Source of the DNA: a virus | Taxonomy: Duplodnaviria; Caudoviricetes | Reading direction: 5' to 3' (one strand) | Length of the DNA stretch: 37,994 nt | Virus record (IMG/VR): IMGVR_UViG_3300031716_000028 | Coordinates: 1-37,994 of that record | Shown: positions 34,447 through 37,994 of the stretch, piece by piece | Layout: each line of letters begins with the position of its first letter | How positions within the stretch are numbered: position 1 is the first letter of the stretch | Program-made: the position numbers and the translations under genes | Notes under the pieces: generated by a model | Database searches by the model: none | What the model saw: only the letters and a program-made list of their open reading frames with translations | What the model was told of the DNA's origin: nothing

Positions 34447-36701
34447 TGGGCCTCGAAAAGTTCAAGACCGAAACCCAAGGGCTGCAGAGCGTCGAGGTCA
34501 GCGACGGCGGCGCCCGTAGCCGGGTTGCCAGGTTGCAGGAAATCGGCAATTCCGTACGCGAACTGTCGGCCGCAGTGGCTCCCATGGCGCAGCGCGCGAC
34601 CGTGAACCAAGCCCAGCAGCGCGGACAGGCCGACGCCTTAAGCGGTAACTTTCAGCCCCAGCGCAATGCCACCCTCGCCGCGCAGGAATACAACCGCGCC
34701 GGCTTCGACACCGCGCTGTCCGAGCTGGAAATCACGATGCGCAACCGCATCGATACGATTTACAACGAGGCTAAGCACAGCCCCGCCGAGCTGAAAACCC
34801 GCTTTGATACCTACCGCCAGGAAATCGAGGGCCAGCTGGGCGGCAGCGACAAGGCCGATATCCTGCCGCAGTTCCGCGCCATGTATGACCGCGCGACGCT
34901 GCCGCACCTGCAAGCCTCAGTCCGCGCCGATCAGGAAACCACTGCCGCGACGAATGCCGCGCAGGCGATGAACGTGCTCGAGACCCGTACCAACAACGCC
35001 GAGCGGTTCGCGCGGACGCAGGAAATCGACCAGCAGGCCGGCGTCGCGCTGTTACAGGAAGCCCAAGAATTCGAGCAGCTGCTCGTCAAGCACGGACCCA
35101 AGGAAGCCTTCGCCTTTAACGGCGTGCAGTACGAAGCCGACCCGGCCCGGTCGGGCGTGTTTTCGCCGGTGGAAATGGAGAAACACTCCCAAGAATGGGA
35201 CGAGCGTATGGCGCAGGCGGCGGTCCTCGGCGGGTTCGATCGCGCCGGCGGCCTCGCTGAAAAGGAGGCATATGTCAACGCATTCGAGAAGCGGGAAAAG
35301 GGCCGCCAGGGCAGCCCGTTTAATCTCGATCAGGTCGACCAGCTGGCCAACCGCATGCGCATTGACATCAACCGCGACCGGGCGCAATCCGATCACTTCA
35401 AGGCCGAGCTGCAGAAACAGATCAACGAAGCCGAGAAGGTTTACAACGAAGGGCATATCCCGGCCGGTATTACGGCGCTGACCCGGTCGGCGGCTGCGTA
35501 TCCGGACCTGACCGCGCAGCTCGAGATTCTGAAAACCAACTCGGGCGCCGCGTCGAATTTCAGCAAGATGCGGCCCGACCAGCAGGCGCAGGTCCTCGGG
35601 AAATTCGAGAACATCGAGGTTATGACGCCGGCTGATATTAAGCTGAAAAAGCAAATGGAACAGATCCATACTGAGACGGCGAACCTGCTCAAAACTGATC
35701 CGGTTTCTTTATTGCCGCGTCTGCGGCAGGAAGTCCCGGCGGTTGACCTGTCCAATCCTGCGACCTTTGCCAACCGCGCCGGCACGTCGGGGATGATTAA
35801 ATCGTATTATGGCAAGGACCATCACGGCCTCTATAAGTCCGAGGTCGAGGGCCTTTCCACCATCCTGCACAACAACACGGCGGACGTTAACGCCGGCTAC
35901 CTGATGAACATGCGCGCCGGCATGGACGACATCAGGCTGCGGTCGCTGGCGCAGGACCTCGCCCCGAAAAACCCGGAGTTTGCCGCGTTCATGGGTATCG
36001 CTGCCGAGCGGTCCGATATCGTCGCCGACGGCCTGCAGGGGATGGACGTGCTAAAACTGGACAGCGGCATGCTGCCCGATGGCGCTACCTTGAAGTCGAT
36101 CACCGATGACTATTTCGGTGATGACGTCGACGGCATCGGCATCCACGGCACCAACCGCGTCATGATCGAGCAGGCGGCGCTCGCGGTCGATGCCGGCCGC
36201 CGCGACAAGCTCGGCCAGAAGGGCAAGGAAAACTTCGACGAGACCAAGTTCAAACAGGCGCTCGAAGACATTACCGGCGGCACGTTCCGTTACAAGGGCA
36301 AAAAGATCATCACGCCCGAGCGCGGCATGGACGTAGACACGTTCAAAAACATCGTCGACACCCTGACGCAGGACGATATCAAGGGCATGAGCGTCGGGAT
36401 GGCGGGTGCCACTGATGCGGGCAGCCCTGCCATCCGAATCTTTGCGCCCGGCACGCAGCCCGCCAGCCAGGTCAAAATCGACGACTTCAAAAAACAGGCC
36501 AAGCTCCAGAGCATTGGCGAGGGCCGTTATCTCGTCATGCTGCCGGGCGGCTTTGTCCGTTCCAGCGATCCGGCGCACGCCGATCAGTTCGGGAATTATG
36601 TGCTGGATATGAAAGCCATGCTGCCCGACCTGAAAACCCGTAATAAGCGGGTCACCATCATGGGCATCAATCTCGCGCCCGACCTGTCACAGGCTCGCTG
36701 A
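34446..36701 (+). CDS. Internal virion/ejection protein (751 aa)
   Basis: Large helical Ala/Gln-rich protein in the ejection-protein block, translationally coupled at both ends. Confidence 0.7.
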   Translation: MGLEKFKTETQGLQSVEVSDGGARSRVARLQEIGNSVRELSAAVAPMAQRATVNQAQQRGQADALSGNFQPQRNATLAAQEYNRAGFDTALSELEITMRNRIDTIYNEAKHSPAELKTRFDTYRQEIEGQLGGSDKADILPQFRAMYDRATLPHLQASVRADQETTAATNAAQAMNVLETRTNNAERFARTQEIDQQAGVALLQEAQEFEQLLVKHGPKEAFAFNGVQYEADPARSGVFSPVEMEKHSQEWDERMAQAAVLGGFDRAGGLAEKEAYVNAFEKREKGRQGSPFNLDQVDQLANRMRIDINRDRAQSDHFKAELQKQINEAEKVYNEGHIPAGITALTRSAAAYPDLTAQLEILKTNSGAASNFSKMRPDQQAQVLGKFENIEVMTPADIKLKKQMEQIHTETANLLKTDPVSLLPRLRQEVPAVDLSNPATFANRAGTSGMIKSYYGKDHHGLYKSEVEGLSTILHNNTADVNAGYLMNMRAGMDDIRLRSLAQDLAPKNPEFAAFMGIAAERSDIVADGLQGMDVLKLDSGMLPDGATLKSITDDYFGDDVDGIGIHGTNRVMIEQAALAVDAGRRDKLGQKGKENFDETKFKQALEDITGGTFRYKGKKIITPERGMDVDTFKNIVDTLTQDDIKGMSVGMAGATDAGSPAIRIFAPGTQPASQVKIDDFKKQAKLQSIGEGRYLVMLPGGFVRSSDPAHADQFGNYVLDMKAMLPDLKTRNKRVTIMGINLAPDLSQAR

Positions 36702-37994
36702 TGGGTATCCCGCTCGACTCTCGGCAGATTCAGCAGCAGGCCGCGATGACGCCCGCCCTCGGTGCGCCGACGGGCCTGCTCGAAAATACGTTCGCCGCCC
36801 TCGACCAGTTCCGCCGCGAGAACATCATCACGTCCGAGGTCAATAATTGGGGCGAGGAATGGCAGGCGCAGCACGACCTCGCGCTTAAGCATGGCGTCGA
36901 CCTGTTGGCAAACTGGAACCAGCCGCCCGATCAGGCGGCTTTACAGTGGATGGCCGAGACCGGCCGCAGCGCGCCCGAGTATTGGCACCAAAAGCGCGAC
37001 CAGCAGGTTGCCGCGTTAAAGCAGCAGTTTCCCGATGCCGGGTTCAAGACCAACGAGGAAATGTTCGTCGGCATGACCGAGCGACTCGCCCAGCAACGGG
37101 CAGGCGCGGAAAGTGTCCGGGCCAGGGCGACCGGCCCCGGCCAGTTCGGCGCATTCCTCGGCGACACCGCCGGCGCAGTTTCCGACCCCCTTGTTGCCCT
37201 CACTCTGCCCTTCGGTGCGAGCGCAGGCGCTTCGATCCTGCGGGCCTCACTGACAGAGGCGGTACTCGCGAGCGCGACGGAGGCGGCCATACAGCCCCAG
37301 GTGGCGCAGTTCCGCGCAGCGATCGGCAACCCACAAGCCGAGGGCGAGGCCATGCGGAATATCCTGCTGGCGGGCGCCGGCGCGGGTACTCTCGCCGCTG
37401 GCCTGCGCGCCATCCCGGTCGGCTACAGGGCATTGGCCCAGCAGTTCCGCAAGGAAGTCGACGCGGGACGTATAAAGCCCAATGTACAGCAGCAGGCCGC
37501 GCTAGATTTATTGGAGCGCCAAGCAGCCGAGGAAGACAGCAACCCTTTCAATCGTTCGCTGGAGGGCGCTACAGAGGCTCATGCGGCCAATCTGAAAGCG
37601 GCAGATACCGCCGCCCGCGAGGGGACGACCGTCAAAGCGGCCGACTTGCAGGCCCCGGAGCGGCCGGCAGACGCAGGCGAGCTGATCGAACGCCGGTCAA
37701 ATACCGCCAAGCGGCAGGAAGTCGAGAACCTGCAGGCCCGTGTATCGGACCTCAAGGGCAAGCTCGCGCGCGGCGAGGCGACGCAGGACGAGGTTCTAAA
37801 AGCCCTCGATGACCTCGACAATGCTCTCCATACGTCAACCAAAGCGCCCGCCCTCAAGAACGAGCGGGCGTTTAATAATTTTCTGGCAGGCAAAGAGAAT
37901 CAGCCGGTGCTGTTCTTTGACCTCGACAACTTCAAGAAAATCAACGACGAGTTAAGCCACGATGTAGGCGATCAGGTTATCAATGCAGTCGGGA
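36701..37994 (+). CDS. 5' part of the 645-aa internal virion protein with GGDEF domain (continues at the start of the window; missing from ORF track)
   Basis: ATG at 36701 (TGATG overlap). Open frame MGIPLDSRQIQQQ...GQFGAFLGDTAGAVSDPLVALTLPFGA...LKALDDLDNALHTSTKAPALKNERAFNNF runs in frame into the terminal repeat. Confidence 0.9.
   Translation, partial: MGIPLDSRQIQQQAAMTPALGAPTGLLENTFAALDQFRRENIITSEVNNWGEEWQAQHDLALKHGVDLLANWNQPPDQAALQWMAETGRSAPEYWHQKRDQQVAALKQQFPDAGFKTNEEMFVGMTERLAQQRAGAESVRARATGPGQFGAFLGDTAGAVSDPLVALTLPFGASAGASILRASLTEAVLASATEAAIQPQVAQFRAAIGNPQAEGEAMRNILLAGAGAGTLAAGLRAIPVGYRALAQQFRKEVDAGRIKPNVQQQAALDLLERQAAEEDSNPFNRSLEGATEAHAANLKAADTAAREGTTVKAADLQAPERPADAGELIERRSNTAKRQEVENLQARVSDLKGKLARGEATQDEVLKALDDLDNALHTSTKAPALKNERAFNNFLAGKENQPVLFFDLDNFKKINDELSHDVGDQVINAVG
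37868..37994. repeat. Terminal direct repeat, copy 2 (identical to 1-127)
   Basis: Exact match to the window start. Confidence 0.95.

Overview
The window is a complete, circularly assembled phage genome of about 37,867 bp. Bases 1-127 are repeated exactly at 37868-37994, which looks like an assembler k-mer overlap. It is a GC-rich podovirus-like phage with this order: portal, Bbp19-like protein, scaffold, major capsid, adaptor, nozzle, four internal virion (ejection) proteins, tail fibres and an amidase/holin lysis set. A divergent sigma70 promoter pair at about 13.66-13.71 kb separates a leftward recombination operon (SMC-like ATPase, DEDDh exonuclease, YqaJ exonuclease, RecT) from a rightward operon (RHH regulator, RusA, methyltransferases, DUF1376 initiator, terminases). 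I found no integrase, DNA or RNA polymerase, helicase, ParA/ParB, tRNA or CRISPR array. The main result is hidden by the contig break: the third ejection-protein gene runs from 36701 across the junction to 771 (645 aa) and carries an apparently intact GGDEF (diguanylate cyclase) domain with no I-site. This suggests a c-di-GMP synthase injected from the virion. The same late operon encodes a DUF2829/Tad2-family nucleotide-signal sponge. The genome also has two identical chromosome-type parS sites, a DnaA-box cluster next to an AT-rich origin (suggesting plasmid-like maintenance on host machinery), a candidate ~120-nt structured ncRNA and a frameshifted cytosine methyltransferase. All family assignments come from motif recognition by eye, not from database searches.
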